In this document: one piece after another, positions 34,481 through 47,631 of the stretch | How positions within the stretch are numbered: the stretch's first letter is position 1 | Layout of the letters: every line of letters starts with the position of its first letter | Source: Podarcis filfolensis | Taxonomy: Eukaryota | Direction: 5' to 3' (one strand) | Assembly (NCBI GenBank): GCA_964270895.1 | Contig: OZ185438.1 | Length of the DNA stretch: 64,000 bases | Position numbers and translations under genes: made by a program | Notes under the pieces: generated by a model | What the model was told of the DNA's origin: nothing | Databases searched by the model: none | What the model saw: the letters and a program-made list of their open reading frames with translations, nothing else

Positions 34481-34599
34481 ATGTGATGCAGACCCATCAG
34501 CTCTAGCTAAGTATGTTCTTGCTTTGGTAAAGAAGGATAAAAGTGAGAAAGAACTGAGGGCATTATGTGTTGATCAGTTGGATGTGTTTCTTCAAAAGG
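34481..34599 (+). CDS. RBM26: RBM26 exon 2 (PWI)
   Basis: TTACAG|ATGT; CDADPSALAKYVLALVKKDKSEKELRALCVDQLDVFLQK; G|GTAAGC; 119 nt. Confidence 0.95.
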
Positions 34600-34939
34600 G
34601 TAAGCTCTTGTAAATATATCACTGACTTGTTCTGAATTCTGACTCCATCTTGAATTAATTGTATATGATTATTATTGCATCCTGGGCTGAATGACTCTGC
34701 ATTAAATAGAACAAAAAAGTATGCAGCCCAACAGATTTCTTGATTCAAAGAAATAAAATAGTGTATAACATGTAAGAGACATTACAGATACTCAAATCCT
34801 GTTGTAGAAAATAAACGCATCATATGTTTCACTCTTAGAAGCTCTGAATCCTTTTTAGTGGTTATTGGATCATCATCTAGAATTAAGTATTAGAAATGCT
34901 AAGAATTAAATAGTAGATGCCTTAGATATATAAAAAATA

Positions 34940-35173
34940 TAGTCGTACCTTGGAAGTTGAACGGAATCCGTTCCAGAAGTGTGTTTGACTTCCAAAATGT
35001 TCGGAAATCAAGCTGTGGCTTCTGATAGGCTGCAGGAAGCTCCTGCGGAACCCGCGTCGGGCGTTCGGGTTCCAAAGAACATTCGCAAAGTGGAACACTT
35101 GACTTCTGGGTTTGCGGCGTTTGGGAGCCAAAACGTTCTGCTTGTAAGATGTTTGACTTCCGAGGTATGACTG
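34940..35173 (+). mobile_element. TcMar MITE, family B
   Basis: TA-flanked; (C>T)AGTCGTACCT / AGGTATGACTG. Related to 45827-46063. Confidence 0.8.
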
Positions 35174-35827
35174 TAAATATAATAAACCAAATGCTTTCAA
35201 TTACAGAGCACTCCCCAGGCATTTTTAGAAACCCAAACATTTTGTGATTTTTAAATGAATAGTGCAATCTGTGAGTTTGTATCTGTCACACCAAAAATTG
35301 GATGTAGTCAACCCATAATTGTGTTTTAGTCTACCATCTTGATTCAAAATGGCTCCTGGCATCCAAGCATTGATGAAGACTACCACCCCCACCTTGGGCA
35401 TTCTTCTACCAAGTTTGGTGATGGTATATCAAGAGGCAACCTACAGAGAATAGACGAACAAAACTTTCCAAAGTGCATAGTAGATATACTTCTCTTCTCT
35501 CTCCTCGGTGCTCTGCTTGCCAGAACTGCTCTTTCCCCATGTGCTGTCTATAAAGAGTGTGCCAACACTTGAGGAGGCAGATGAATGCCTGATGCTGCTT
35601 TTCTCAAGATTGAAAGCTCCAGGGATGGGTTTTGGGGATAGCACTGTGCCAGTGATGGGAAAGGGTTGGTGAAAAGGTTACTGTTGGTCTTCTCTACTGC
35701 CTACAGTTGTCATGTACCCCAAGCAAAGAGGAGAGTGACGATTTACTCAACCGATGTAAAATTGAATTCCGAGTAATACTAGCCATAGAAATTGTTTGTC
35801 AAGTGTTACCTTTGGATCTTGTTTTAG

Positions 35828-35964
35828 AGACCCAGATATTCGTAGAAAAACTTTTTGATGCTGTGAATACAAAGAGCTATCTACCTCCACCGGAGCAGCC
35901 GACATCGGGAAGCCTGAAATCAGACTTTTTTCAGCATCAGGAAAAAGAAACTAAGAAGGAAGAG
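35828..35964 (+). CDS. RBM26: RBM26 exon 3
   Basis: TTTTAG|AG; TQIFVEKLFDAVNTKSYLPPPEQ...KKEE; |GTAGGG; 137 nt. Confidence 0.95.
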
Positions 35965-36655
35965 GTAGGGATCAGTCATGCATCCTCTTCTTAATGCGTA
36001 TCTTGCAATTTGCGTCTGTATGTTTAATCTGTTTTCAGTTACAATGCATTTAAATGCCAATTTCTTAAAGTTCAATACTTTTGATAGGTGATCGTTGAGG
36101 ACAAACTTCACTTGGTGACTCTTAACTACATGATAAAGTGAACCTTAGAGAATGAAGCTATGGGCGTTACTATTGGATCGAGGGTGTGAGACTAGTATTT
36201 ACAGGTGCAATATTTGTTTGGAGAACCCTGAGCAAGAGTGGATTATCACATATATATCTAAAAACCCTTATTTATTGTATTACTCATTATTATTATGTTT
36301 ATTAAATTTCTACACCTCCCTTCATCCAAAGTTCACAGAGCGATTTGCAATATAAAAACACAAAAGGACATACCATGGTAACAAACAAAAGCAACACCTC
36401 CCAGTTTAAAAGGTCATTGATTGTTTAATTAACCCAAGGCATGGGAGAAGTGGAATTTTTTGCCTGATGCGTCTTCTAAACTTCAAATTTTCATGTCAAG
36501 GCATCTTCTTTGTTACAGAGATGTGCAGTTCTGAGGGCTGAGGTTGGCATAGAATTCTTGAGAAGGATTTTGAAATGGTTCTATTTTGTTTGGTTGCTGG
36601 ATGTTTCTCTGGGTGCTGTACTCTTGTCTGATTTTCATTTTCCTTCTTTATCAAG

Positions 36656-36744
36656 GTCATTAAAGAGGAAGAGCGAGAGAAAAAGTTTTCTAGAAGGCTA
36701 AACCATAGTCCCCCTCAGTCAAGTTCACGCTATCGAGAAACCAG
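36656..36744 (+). CDS. RBM26: RBM26 exon 4
   Basis: ATCAAG|GTC; VIKEEEREKKFSRRLNHSPPQSSSRYRET; AG|GTGATC; 89 nt. Confidence 0.92.
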
Positions 36745-38198
36745 GTGATCATGTATTCTGCCCCTTGTAGTAAAAACCAGGAGAGGTTATTTAATAAAGT
36801 TTTCATGTTGTTTTTTACTGGCTTTGCTTTCCTTTTTCATGTATAAATGTTTTGAGGTGGATTTAGTTACATTGTTTGGTGTTACAACCGTTTGAAGCAA
36901 ATTATATGGTAAGGATACAAAGGTATAAATGAGCAAGTCTCCATGTGTAATACATACAGAGCACAATCCAAATTTTGTAGTTTTTAAATGAAGTTTTTAT
37001 AGATACATAAGGGAGTGTGCTTTCAAACATAGCTATCTCCTGCCACCTGACAGTTTTGAAGTTAAAGAGCACCTTAGTGAATTTTGTATTAGAAAATTGT
37101 CAACCTCTGAATTTTCCTACAACAACTCTGAATCATCAGTGTTTTTTACACCCACTTAAATAGATGGTGATTGTCTTGAGTCAATATACATTTTGTATGA
37201 TATATTGGGGGAAATGCACAACACTTGCATCTGCAGGAAAGCACCCAACTATGCACAGATTATTGTATTTGAATTAGCATTTGCCTTTGGTATGCATCCA
37301 TTTTTCATGGAAGTAAATCCTGCCATGGCTACCGCTTAGAATGTCTGAGCTCATGAAGGTCATGGAGCTCCTAGCTTTCCTAACTCAGTTTCTAGCATTG
37401 GCACTGTGCTATTGGTATTCCAGTTTGCTTCTAATATACAGTAACAGAGCTTCATGTCCTTGAGCTCAGAAACTCAAATGGCATAGCATGTTCCTATATC
37501 CATGGGGAGTTCATGCTGAGGGCGGAATAGGAGTGTAGGTTAAGGCTGGGCGATACCGCCTTTCAACATCACAATGTATCACCAGCCAAACATTACAATA
37601 TAGTAATGCATCGTAATGATGAAAAATGGAGGGGGGGGGGGAAAGCTACATCGACCCCTGGCGCCTCATGGGGCCGGGGCCGATGCAGCTCGTTTTCCCC
37701 TCAGTGTTTTGAGTGCTGGCAGCAGAGGGACTCCAGAGCGGTGGTGGTTTCACTCATGATATACCGCTCAGAAAGATGCCATTGTGCTCTGGCTCTCAGA
37801 CCAGTCCTGGGCGATGTATCGATACCTGAACAAGCCCCCAAACCAGGGCTTTTTTTCAGCTGGAACTCACCAGGACTTAGTTCCACCACCTCTTTGGTGG
37901 GTGCCATTGTCATTATAAACCAACAAGGAAGGTGTTCCTGGTGAGTTCCAGCACCTCTCTTTCTAGAAAAATAGCACTGCCCCAAACTATATAGCTTTTA
38001 AAATGGCCTGTGGTAGGTGATAACTGATGCTGGTTCAAAGTTTGTTTTTGCCCAGAATTGGCACTTAAAATAGTGTTTGCATTCATTTTAAAAATATTTC
38101 CACTGATTCTGATACAAATGGTTACACTCTTATATTTGGTATGAATTTTTTGTTTAGAGCCTAGAATTTATTTCTATGTAACAATCCAAAATATTTAG

Positions 38199-38416
38199 AA
38201 GCAGGGATGAAAGAAAGAAAGAGGAGCGTTCTCGCAAGAGAGACTACGATCGGAATCCCCCGCGAAGAGAGTCCTATAGAGACCGCTACAACAGAAGAAG
38301 GGGGCGGAGCCGGAGCTACAGCAGGAGTCGCAGTAGAAGCTGGAGCAAGGAGAGGTTGCGGGATCGAGACCGCGACAGGAGCAGGAGTCGAAGTAGAAGT
38401 AGAACAAGGAGCAGAG
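38199..38416 (+). CDS. RBM26: RBM26 exon 5 (RS/RD-rich)
   Basis: TTTAG|A; SRDERKKEERSRKRDYDRNPP...RSRSRSRTRSR; G|GTGAGC; 218 nt. Confidence 0.95.
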
Positions 38417-39448
38417 GTGAGCGATGCTCTGCACATGCTGACTTGCAGCATTGCAATTCTTTTTGTAAACTGCTTTAAAGTTTTTTTTTTTTTTTACAAT
38501 ATATAAACTTAAATAAAGGAATGAATGAGTGTAGGACTGTCTCCAAACTACAAATTGGTACTCTGTAGAAGATGAACATTTTCAGGTTTGGATGGATAAG
38601 ACTTGCTTACCAGAGACTTTTCAATATATGTGGTTAGATATCATTTGATACATTCAGATGATCATTAATGTTCTGTCCAATGCCGGACATTGCAAAAGTC
38701 TGAGGATACCGCTGAGAGGAGAGGAGTCATATGTGCTGCCTTGGGATCCTCAAAGGAGAGGCAGGATATAAAGTAGGAATAAATATATATGATTACGTTT
38801 ATGCTCTAGAAAAGTTATGAAGATTTCTTTTGAAAGTACCAGGACAATAATATACAAATATGCCACACAAGTGTGTTCTAAGACACACACGTTTTAAGTA
38901 CAGTGCCATCCTGTGGATATATACTTAGAAGTAAAACCATGGTGTTTGATGGTGTGTGTTCTCATGCATTGGATGAGCAGACATGTGCTTGTTGCTTTCC
39001 TTCGCATGTTTTTTCCACACTCTGTACACTAGAGGTGCAAAGGAGCGATTGAACTGAGAAAAACTGTATATATTTGAATGGTCTTTCTTCTGGTTCACTT
39101 GCCTGTTTCTTCCTGTGGTGAGATTATTGGGGAAGAAGAGCACACACGTGGGGCCTCCTCCAGATCTCTCTCTGGGTGAAATCTGATGAAATGACATCAC
39201 AACAAGTTATTAGGTTTGATACCTCATTTGTCCCACAGTAAAGGGCTTTATTTATGTGTTTCAGGATTTAAGACACTTAGCCAATTGTATTTTGTAAATG
39301 TGATTTGAGGTTGCCATTGGCTGTCCTGCATGCTTTCAGATCGATAAACCAGCTGGGATTGGGATTTTTTTGAGTTTTAAAAATGTTCATCAGTTTGCAT
39401 AATACTTGTCTTACTGACATAATGTGGATGCCTTGTTCTTCTTTGCAG

Positions 39449-39709
39449 AAAGGGATATAGGGAAACCAAAATATGACTTGGACAGAACAGAGCCGTTAGA
39501 AAACAACTATACTCCTGTTTCTTCTGTAACAAACATTTCATCCAGCCATTACCCTGCCCCTACACTAAGTAGCACTATAACGGTTATCGCTCCTGCTCAC
39601 CATGGAAATAATACTACTGAAAGTTGGTCAGATTTTCATGAAGAACAATTAGACCACAATTCCTATGGGAGACCTCCACTGCCAAAGAAACGTTGCAGAG
39701 ACTATGATG
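39449..39709 (+). CDS. RBM26: RBM26 exon 6
   Basis: TTGCAG|AA; RDIGKPKYDLDRTEPLENNY...PKKRCRDYD; G|GTAAGA; 261 nt. Confidence 0.95.
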
Positions 39710-39987
39710 GTAAGAACAAAAAATGAGTTATCCTATTGCCTTGCCGAGCATTGATGACAATAACCATTATATCTTCCAGACATTTTAAATACCTTCTTCT
39801 AAACTATTTCTTATCCTCAGTATTTCGTATTTCATTTTATTGTTTTACAAGTGAAACATAAAAAGTGAAAGTGGGTGGAGCTTTCTTTGTGATTGGAGGT
39901 TTATGAACTTAATTCCGAAACTGAATGGAAAGCTATTAATTTGCACTGCTCAGAACATCCTGGTAACATACTGTTTTAACTTTTCAG

Positions 39988-40227
39988 AAAAGGGTTTCTG
40001 TATGAGAGGAGATATGTGTCCATTTGATCATGGAAGTGACCCTGTAGTTGTAGAAGATGTGAACCTTCCAGGCATACTGCCTTTTCCAGCGCAGCCCCCG
40101 GTTGTTGAAGGACCACCCCCTCCAGGACTTCCTCCACCGCCTCCTATTCTTACTCCTCCTCCTGTAAACCTTAGGCCTCCTGTTCCACCTCCAGGCCCTT
40201 TGCCACCCAGCCTTCCACCTGTTACAG
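39988..40227 (+). CDS. RBM26: RBM26 exon 7 (CCCH finger completion, Pro-rich)
   Basis: TTTCAG|AA; KGFCMRGDMCPFDHGSDP...PPSLPPVT; G|GTAGGA; 240 nt. Confidence 0.95.
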
Positions 40228-41067
40228 GTAGGATGTACCTTTTAAATTTCAAAATAACTTACTGTACTATGTTGAAATCCATTAAAACACTGTTCAGATA
40301 CAATGTCTCTAAACCAAATTGGGGGAAATGCCTGTCTTCTTAAAAATGAAGAGGAAGACAAGAAAATATCCTGGGACATGGAGTTCCATAACTGGATTTC
40401 CGTCACTGAGAAGTCCCTAGGTTTTGCAGCAGCTTGATACATCATGAAGCATAAGGGCCTCAGCAAAACAAGCACAGAAGGTCTCGCTGCCTGGGAGAGG
40501 GAATATATAGAAAGTAGCGTACTTTTAGGTATAACGGTGCAGATCTCGTAAGCTTTAAAGGTCAAAATTGGCACATTTATTAAATTTCCATTCAGACCAA
40601 CTGTATCTCTAAGGATGAGTGTTTATATTGTCTCTATTACCTGTTGCATTTAAAATTCTGGTGGCCGAAGTTTGAACTAATTGTGGTTCAGGCACCAAGC
40701 TGAAATCTGTAACCAACCAAGCACTACTCCTCTTTCCTTTTACTACTCACCTTACACTAATAGGGAACAGCATGCTACTATTTTTACGGTGAACCTACAT
40801 AGTACGGCAAGTAGCTTCCCTGGTGACTGTACACTTGTTAAACATTGGTTAAAACATCCAGGACCTTTATTTACATACTGAGGATAGCCTTAATTAAACA
40901 GCCAGAAGCTAAACAGTGAGTTCTTCTATCCCTATGACTGCCTTTATGCTGCTGTCTACCTCTGAAGATCCATAGTGCTGTCAATGGTCAGGATATTATA
41001 TTTTGTGCTGTATGCAGTTGCTTTTTTCTTTTCACTTTTGGTATTAAACCATTTCTGGTTTTGACAG

Positions 41068-41205
41068 GACCACCACCTCCTCTCCCACCTTTGCAACCCT
41101 CTGGTATGGATGCTCCCCCAAATTCTGCAACTAGTTCTGTTCCTACGGTTGTAACAACCGGTATTCATCACCAGCCACTGCCTGCTCCACCCTCTCTTTT
41201 TACAG
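41068..41205 (+). CDS. RBM26: RBM26 exon 8
   Basis: TGACAG|GA; PPPPLPPLQPSGMDAPPNS...PPSLFT; G|GTGCAG; 138 nt. Confidence 0.92.
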
Positions 41206-41848
41206 GTGCAGTACTAGAATATTTACTCATGATAAAGAAAGTTTTATTATCCTTAGACAGATGCAATGGACAATTGGAGTGTAACAGATTTTATCATCTG
41301 GTAGAAACTTGTCATTGTCAAAGAATAAAACTGTAGAATGTAGTTTTACACTCAACAACAGGATCAAAAGCATTGCAAAATTAGTTCCGAGCCCCATGGA
41401 ACATGAAATGTATTTTTTCCAAGCAGCCAACTTCTTGCAGCAAACTACTTTTGAAACTCATGGGGCTTAAGCAGTTTGTAATTTTAATTTTTTTTTTTTG
41501 CAAATTTATGAATGCTTCATAGCCTGAAGCCATCCAAGTGGTGTACAACAGGATAAAAATAAGATAAAATCTACAAAATACGAAATATGTCATGGGGATC
41601 AGATGTTCATATTCAAAACAGAATTATTATTTTTTAAATCCACTGAGCTAGTTCAGGCTCCACAGAGGAGCCAAAGCAGCTCTTTGGATCCTGGCGAAGA
41701 TTGTCCAGAGGAAAGGAAGGTTTTGATCTGTCCACTACAGATAGTTTTAGCTTCTATGGTGAGTGTTGTATAGACTGCCTTGTTTGAATTTGGAGCTATG
41801 TAACCCTTTCTGTATTGTAGTGTAACTAGATAACTTTGTCTTTAACAG

Positions 41849-41989
41849 AAACATACGACACAGATGGCTATAATCCTGAAGCACCAAGTATAACTATCAC
41901 TTCAAGGCCCATGTATAGACACAGAGTGCATGCCCAAAGACCAAATTTGATAGGACTTACATCAGGTGATATGGACCTTCCACCAAGAG
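41849..41989 (+). CDS. RBM26: RBM26 exon 9
   Basis: TAACAG|AA; TYDTDGYNPEAPSI...MDLPPR; G|GTAACG; 141 nt. Confidence 0.93.
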
Positions 41990-43628
41990 GTAACGTGAAA
42001 GATTTATTGATCTATGTTCTCAAGACTCGTCTTAACATTGTGTGTTATGTTTTCTGCCATTTTGAAATCTGCTAGGAGCAAGATGTTTTCCAAGCTCTGC
42101 TGCCTAACCAGCTTGTGATGTTAGAATAAAACATATTGATAATACAGGACTTGTTTGACAACGACATGCTCGTTATGGAAGCCCCTGTTCATAGACAGCG
42201 AAAATGTTGCTTTTGTAAATTTTTTAGCTGAATGTTGGTTTAATGCTATTGTGATATTTTATTATTGTATGTATGGGTTTTACCTATTTTATTGATGCTT
42301 TTGTATTTTTAAGATGTCTTGGGGTCTCCCATGTTGTCCAAAGGCAGATTCTAAAAGCTTGCTTAATATATCATTTGAACATACCTTTTCGCTATGTCCC
42401 ATCTTTTTTCTGATTTAAGGAAGTATTTATGTAGTTATGAAATGTTAAGAATATCTTCTCTGAAGTAGAGAAAATAACAAATCAAAATTTTGTGTGTGTT
42501 TGTTTTTGACTGGTATTCTACTGCGGAGAAGCTAATACCATACTGTTCTGCACATGTACCTAAACCATCCAAAATAATAGATGTGTTTGCATTGATAAAA
42601 GTCCCAGTTTACAAGTTCATTATCTGATTTAAAAAATGCACCAAAAAAGAAAATTTTAAATTAAATGGTTGGTGGGGAGGGAGAGAGATATCAGCTAATG
42701 CATGATGAGACCTGGGCTTCTGATCATTGCCATAAAACATATTGTGTGTTTTGGAAAACTTGGAATGGTCAGTACTTAGGGCACTAGGAATGGTATAGCT
42801 GCTTCAGGATACTATAAAACGGCCATGTTACATATATGATTGGTGCAGATGATATTCTTCCCTCATCTTGCTTTACTATAAATTGGCTTGAAGAGTTGTG
42901 GGGAACTAAAGCATTTTGGTTCACTTTGCAATACATCACACAGCGCAGGATGGTGCTCCTTTAATTCTTTCTGCGCATGCCAAAACTCCTCATTTTTCTG
43001 GTGGACTGGTTTGGTTCCCTGGCTTGCAGCTTGAATCACCTGAGGCCAGGGCAGTTTGCTCAGAAAGATGTTTAGGGGAACTCTACTTTTGCCAGTTTGG
43101 GGGCCAACAAGACTTGCCTAAACTCAGGGTATCAATGGAAGGCATGGTTGGATCTGAAAAAGAAGGGTAAATTTGTGTGGGAGGAAGAGAGACTAGTTTT
43201 CAAAGCTACAAGGCTCTCCTGAACTACCCATGTTATATTTGTACTGTGCATCTATGACAGCCCCCCATCTCTTGTCTAGCTTCTTTTTCAAAAATATTGG
43301 AAAATATCAAAGGCATCCCTTTCGGGCTCAAGTCATAAGCCATCTGCTAAATATCTAAAAGCTGAAAAGAAATCTTGCTTTCTGGGCAATGTATTCTATA
43401 GTTGCCCTGTGGGGTTTCTTGCACTTCCTTTTGAAGCATCTGGTTTTGGTATCTGTTGGAGACCAGTGCTGAACCAAAGGGACCTTGGGTTTGAAGAAGT
43501 ATAGCACTTAGTATGTTCCAAAAATGCAATAAGTCAGCTGATGGTAATAAGGAGAGAAAATCCTACTATAAAATGCACAGACAAACATCTTTTAAAAATT
43601 AATCAGTGTACTCTTCTCTTCCACACAG

Positions 43629-43737
43629 AAAAACCTCCTAATAAAAGCAGCATGAGGATAGTGGTGGATTCTGAGTCCCGAAAAAGAACTATTGGTGCAG
43701 GTGATGGAGTTCCAGCAAAGAAGAATTGGTTTGACAA
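43629..43737 (+). CDS. RBM26: RBM26 exon 10
   Basis: CACAG|AA; KPPNKSSMRIVVDSESRKRTIG...KKNWFD; AA|GTGAGT; 109 nt. Confidence 0.95.
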
Positions 43738-44940
43738 GTGAGTAGTTGCTAGATGTGTTAACTGCATACTAATGCCTGAACTATGAAATGTGTTTCAAGT
43801 TTGCTTTTCCAGTGTTCAAATTTCCAAACCATTCAATATATTCCAATTAAAATTTATGTTTTTTGGTTTGGAGTATCCCCCTCTCCGTGATATGGTTGTT
43901 TGTCACAGGTTGTTTTGTGTAATAGTCGACACTTGTCCGTACACCTGTACAATCAGGTGTTTAAATTGTGTTATACAGCCTTTCAGTTGGTTCCCCATCA
44001 CTATGTGTTTTTAGATTATGGGGGAGAGGACTTTCATCCTTTAAGTCTTGAGCATTTGGTTTCCATGATTAAGTCTGGTTCAACATGGCATGACATTGTA
44101 GTAAATTAGTATATGCAAACCCTGGTTGGCCTATGAGGGAGTCACACTGCTCTGAGTGCCAATTATAGAGGCACAAATGAATGGATACCTGCAGCTTGTA
44201 GCAGGAAGGACAACATATGTACATATCTGCAAATTAAGGAAATTCAGACATTTTTAACCTTAAAATCTAAAGTGGACAAAGCTTGTGATCTTAAGAGGCT
44301 TTCGGTGTTGGATTACTGAAAATTTCAGAGCACCCTCCCACCCAGATCTGCCCAGATCTGGTGAGTTGATGCAAGTGTTTTAAAGGGGACCAGCTCCCAG
44401 AATAACTGGTGTCTCTTCTAACTCCCTGCTTATCTTTTAAAGAGACATTTTGTGTATCCACACCGCAAACTCAGACCATCGGGAGGCCTTTGCCTGCAAT
44501 GAGGGAGGTCTGCAACATCCTGTGGCCCCTTAGCCGTGTGGCCAAGGGAGCATAGGGTTGCTACCTTTGGTAGTTGTTTGGTGTCAATATGTGCACTCCT
44601 TCCACTCTCGTGTTTTATTTTTTGCATTTCTAAACAGCCCTTCTTAGGGCAGTTAACAGAATAGTAAGAATTGCGGAACAGCGATTAAAAACGTATGTAA
44701 GCATTTGTTCATCTGCAACAACTTCCTTATCTCAGCAGACCAGATGTCTTCTTAGACTCCACATCTGTCTCCCAAAAGCCCAAAGGAACAGGAGCGTCTT
44801 CAGTTGAGACCAGAACATTTCCTAAAATGTAGCTTTAGACTTGTTTTTACTGAAATTCCACATCTTACCTGTCTGTCCCATTGCAAATACGTTCATTACT
44901 AGTAGCTCAAGACAGTCCCCAACTCATTGTTTTATTGCAG

Positions 44941-45100
44941 GCAAAACTTTAATAGAACAAGCAGTCCTGCTTTCCAGAAGAAGGTGCAATTTGGAAATGA
45001 AAATACTAAACTTGAATTGAGGAAAGTTCCTTCAGAGCTTAACAATATCAGCAAACTAAATGAGCACTTCAGCAAATTTGGAAATTTAGTAAATTTGCAG
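44941..45100 (+). CDS. RBM26: RBM26 exon 11 (RRM1 start)
   Basis: TTGCAG|G; QNFNRTSSPAFQKKVQFGNENTKLELRKVP...LVNLQ; |GTAGGT; 160 nt. Confidence 0.95.
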
Positions 45101-45826
45101 GTAGGTGGTATCTTTGACTTTTTCATTGCTCCTTGTTAGAGCCTAGATCATCAGGGTGCTTTTTCTAACAGGGTGGCAACCTTTGGCCTTCCAGGTGTTA
45201 TTAGACTCTTATCAGACCTCACCTGTGTAGTCAGTGGTCAAGGATGATAAAAAACTGTAGCCTAGCAACATCAGGTGGGCTGTAGGTTAGCAACCCATGC
45301 TTTATAAGGATGAGCTGAAAATTCTTTGATTTAGTCCACTTTACCGGTAATATAACAGCCAAGTATAAATGGTTATGCTTTCTGCACTCATCCCACTTCC
45401 TTAGCCCTGTTGCCTTTGTCTCCTGCTGTAGTTTGTCTCCTTACTTCTGGCCACTACTGCCATCCCTTAGAGCAAAGGTCTTTGTGATTGTGCAGAGACA
45501 TGAAGCATGATTGGTCTAGGGATGCTGATGTCACAAAATAGCCATGTCTTACATATTCAGATAGCCTTGCAGTGGTTTTCTACACTGCTGTTCCTAAAAG
45601 AAAGGAGCTCTGCACACATCAAATCATTATACAGAAAGATGTGCAGAGGCAAGTGTGACCATGTTGTTGTTTTCACCCTCTGGAAAATAATGTTCTGTCA
45701 TCCCCTCCACCAATATGTAGTAAAAAAGAGGGCCTGAAATTAGAAAGAAAGGCTACTATTTATAAAGTACTAATGCACATTTTGGACAGTGTTTGTACAT
45801 TTAGAAATGGTGTTCCAAGTGCATTA

Positions 45827-46063
45827 CAGTGAAACCTTGTTTGTCGAACGTAATCCATTCTGGAAGCCCGCTCAGCTTCCAAAATATTCGACAACCAAAG
45901 TGCTGCTTCTGATTGGTTGCAGGAGCTTCCTGCACTCAAGTGGAAGCCGCATTGGACATTTGGCTTCTGAAAAACATTTGAAACCCGGAACACTTCCGGG
46001 TTTTCAGCTTTCGAAAGCTGAAGTGTTCCAAAACGGAGGCGTTTGGGAACCGAGGTTTGACTG
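45827..46063 (+). mobile_element. TcMar MITE, family B relative
   Basis: TA-flanked; CAGTGAAACCT / AGGTTTGACTG. Confidence 0.8.
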
Positions 46064-46317
46064 TATTAATAGTTATTCTTCTATCTCCATTCTCTTTTGC
46101 TACTTACTCCCCCCTTCCCAATCCAATTCCTGTTGCCTGCTTAGATTATAGCTGTAGGTATCTTTGAGGCAGGACACATTTTGCTTCTGAAAGTCTAGCA
46201 CGCTGGCGGTTTGGGGTTAGTTTTCCCAGTTTCCCCAAGTGATGTGGCTGAATGGGGACAGCAAGCCTGTGTGTTGTTATTTGTGCTCTTATTCTTGGCT
46301 TTCCTTGAAAACCATAG

Positions 46318-46482
46318 GTTGCTTACCAGGGAGATCCAGAAGGTGCCCTTATCCAGTTTGCTACCCATGAGGAGGCAAAGAAAGCTATATCGAGCACAGA
46401 AGCAGTATTAAATAATCGCTTCATCAAAGTCTATTGGCATAGAGAAGGCAGTGCTCCACCAATGTCAACTTCAGTACAGAAG
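46318..46482 (+). CDS. RBM26: RBM26 exon 12 (RRM1)
   Basis: CCATAG|GTT; VAYQGDPEGALIQFATHEEAKKAISSTEAVLNNRFIKVYWHREG...QK; |GTAAAG; 165 nt. Confidence 0.95.
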
Positions 46483-47499
46483 GTAAAGGGGTAGAAGAAA
46501 CCTGGTTTAAATTTTGTTTTTGTTTTTTTAATCCATGTAAATATACATTAGCTTTCATGCACATACACATTTATGTATGTTTGTGTTTATGCAGAAACAC
46601 CCTACCCTTGAGGAGGCCTCAGGGGTAATGTTGGAAGGTTAGCAGTGGTAATTCATTTAATATCTGATGTGCTACAAACACAAGATAGCAGCTTGGCTCA
46701 GATGTAATTTAGTGGCTGCATTTGCACCTAACTCCAAGCCACGGTTTGTTCAACAACCCCGAGTAATCTCATAGAGGAACAAATGAGCCATGGCTTGCTT
46801 GCTTTCCACCTGCTTTTGCATTGTTCCTTTGTAGCCTGGCAAGCACCTGGGGTAGAGTAGCTAACTAAACCATGGTTAAGCAAGGCTGTTCAGGCATAAT
46901 ACCAAACCATAGTTAAAACAAGCCAACAAAAAATCATGGCTTCACATTAGGGCTTGTTGTTAGAAGACAAACCATGATTAGCCTACAGGACTGGGTTCAG
47001 TTCAAATGTTCAAACAAGCCACACTATTTAAACAAACAATGGCTTAGCTTTATGTTCCAAAGAGTCCAGTGTTTCAGAAATTAGTCTGCGTGAACCTTAG
47101 GTTTGCATGCTTCTCCTTCATGAAAGGAGAATATTTTTCACCTTATGCTTTAGAACTACACTTCCTAGTGACATCTGAATGAAGAATTCTGATTTATTCC
47201 AACAGTGGTTAGTAAAAACAAACTGTCAGACTGTTTAGACTTTGAAGTAATTCATTTTTAGACTTAGAATTTACTCTTGTACTGCAGCCTTGTAAACAAT
47301 TGCACTGAAATATAAATGCTCCTGCAAAAGTATTTGATGCTTAGATTTGGAAATTTCTTCAGCAGATGAATACTTGCAGTTTAGAAAGCAATGGAAGAAT
47401 GAGAACATCTGCACTTAAACATTTAAAAATGGTATTGGGGTGAAAAGTTCATTCTGAAATGTTCATGTGCTGCTATAAAGATCTGCTCTTCTTTTTAAG

Positions 47500-47631
47500 G
47501 TAATGCAGCCTTTAGCTCAACAGCCCATTTTACCTGTTGTGAAGCAGTCTGTCAAGGAACGATTAGGTCCAGTACCTGCCAGTAACATTGAGCCTGCTGA
47601 AGCTCAGAGTGCCAGTTCAGAAGCTGTTCAG
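47500..47631 (+). CDS. RBM26: RBM26 exon 13
   Basis: TTTAAG|GTA; VMQPLAQQPILPVVKQSVKERLGPVP...SEAVQ; |GTGGGT; 132 nt. Possible alternative acceptor 9 nt downstream. Confidence 0.9.

Noticed and set aside
38161-38506. ORFs 38207-38506 (+), 38161-38451 (-) and 38195-38434 (-)
   Set aside because: Alternative-frame and antisense shadows of the repetitive RS-coding exon 5; no independent evidence.
41200-41220. Alternative exon 8 donor at GCA|GTACTA
   Set aside because: Phase 0 does not fit the phase-1 acceptor of exon 9, so G|GTGCAG was preferred.
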